The position numbers and the translations under genes were made by a program. From NCBI GenBank assembly GCA_032718475.1, contig JAUCBJ010001992.1, positions 61,939-125,938 of the forward strand: a DNA stretch of 64,000 bases, given 5' to 3'. The stretch comes from Nemertoderma westbladi. Lineage: Eukaryota > Animalia > Xenacoelomorpha. Positions 63,892 to 64,000 of this stretch are shown one piece after another (position 1 is the stretch's first letter; the number at the start of each line of letters is the position of its first letter). The notes beneath the pieces are model-generated. The model searched no databases and was not told the DNA's origin. It saw nothing but the letters and a program-made list of their open reading frames with translations.

Positions 63892-64000
63892 TGAATAAGT
63901 GTCGACATCGCCTGGGACTTGGAAGTGGTATATTCCCTAAATACACGGTCTCAGCACTGAGTACCATATGACAACTGCTATTCTCTGATTGGTTCTTAAT

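Noticed and set aside
61097-64000. Next CDAN1 exon (expected LE.AFF-like motif)
   Set aside because: No convincing phase-0 exon with codanin similarity was seen; the region is mostly transposon-derived.

Overview
Repeat-rich eukaryotic (invertebrate animal-type) genomic DNA with GT-AG spliceosomal genes; no prokaryotic operons or CRISPR arrays. Genes: (1) an aftiphilin (AFTPH) homologue on the minus strand, with five coding exons between 19070 and 1813, continuing off the left edge; (2) a 254-aa plus-strand gene nested in AFTPH intron 2, whose product has tetherin/BST2-like topology (cytoplasmic tyrosine tail, TM helix, coiled coil, GPI-type C-terminus); (3) intronless GAR1; (4) an intronless sulfotransferase; (5) codanin-1 (CDAN1), six coding exons between 38140 and 50661, continuing beyond the window. 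More than a third of the window is tandem repeat (52, 37, 23, 50/51, 26, 53 and 53 bp units), mostly in introns and often inside non-autonomous DNA transposons. Mobile elements include a MULE-type foldback with a perfect 9-bp TSD, Tc1-, piggyBac-, Kolobok- and Harbinger-like MITEs, a tRNA-derived SINE, and decayed LINEs. Homology calls are from remembered family motifs, not database searches, and exon boundaries were read by eye with a phase check.
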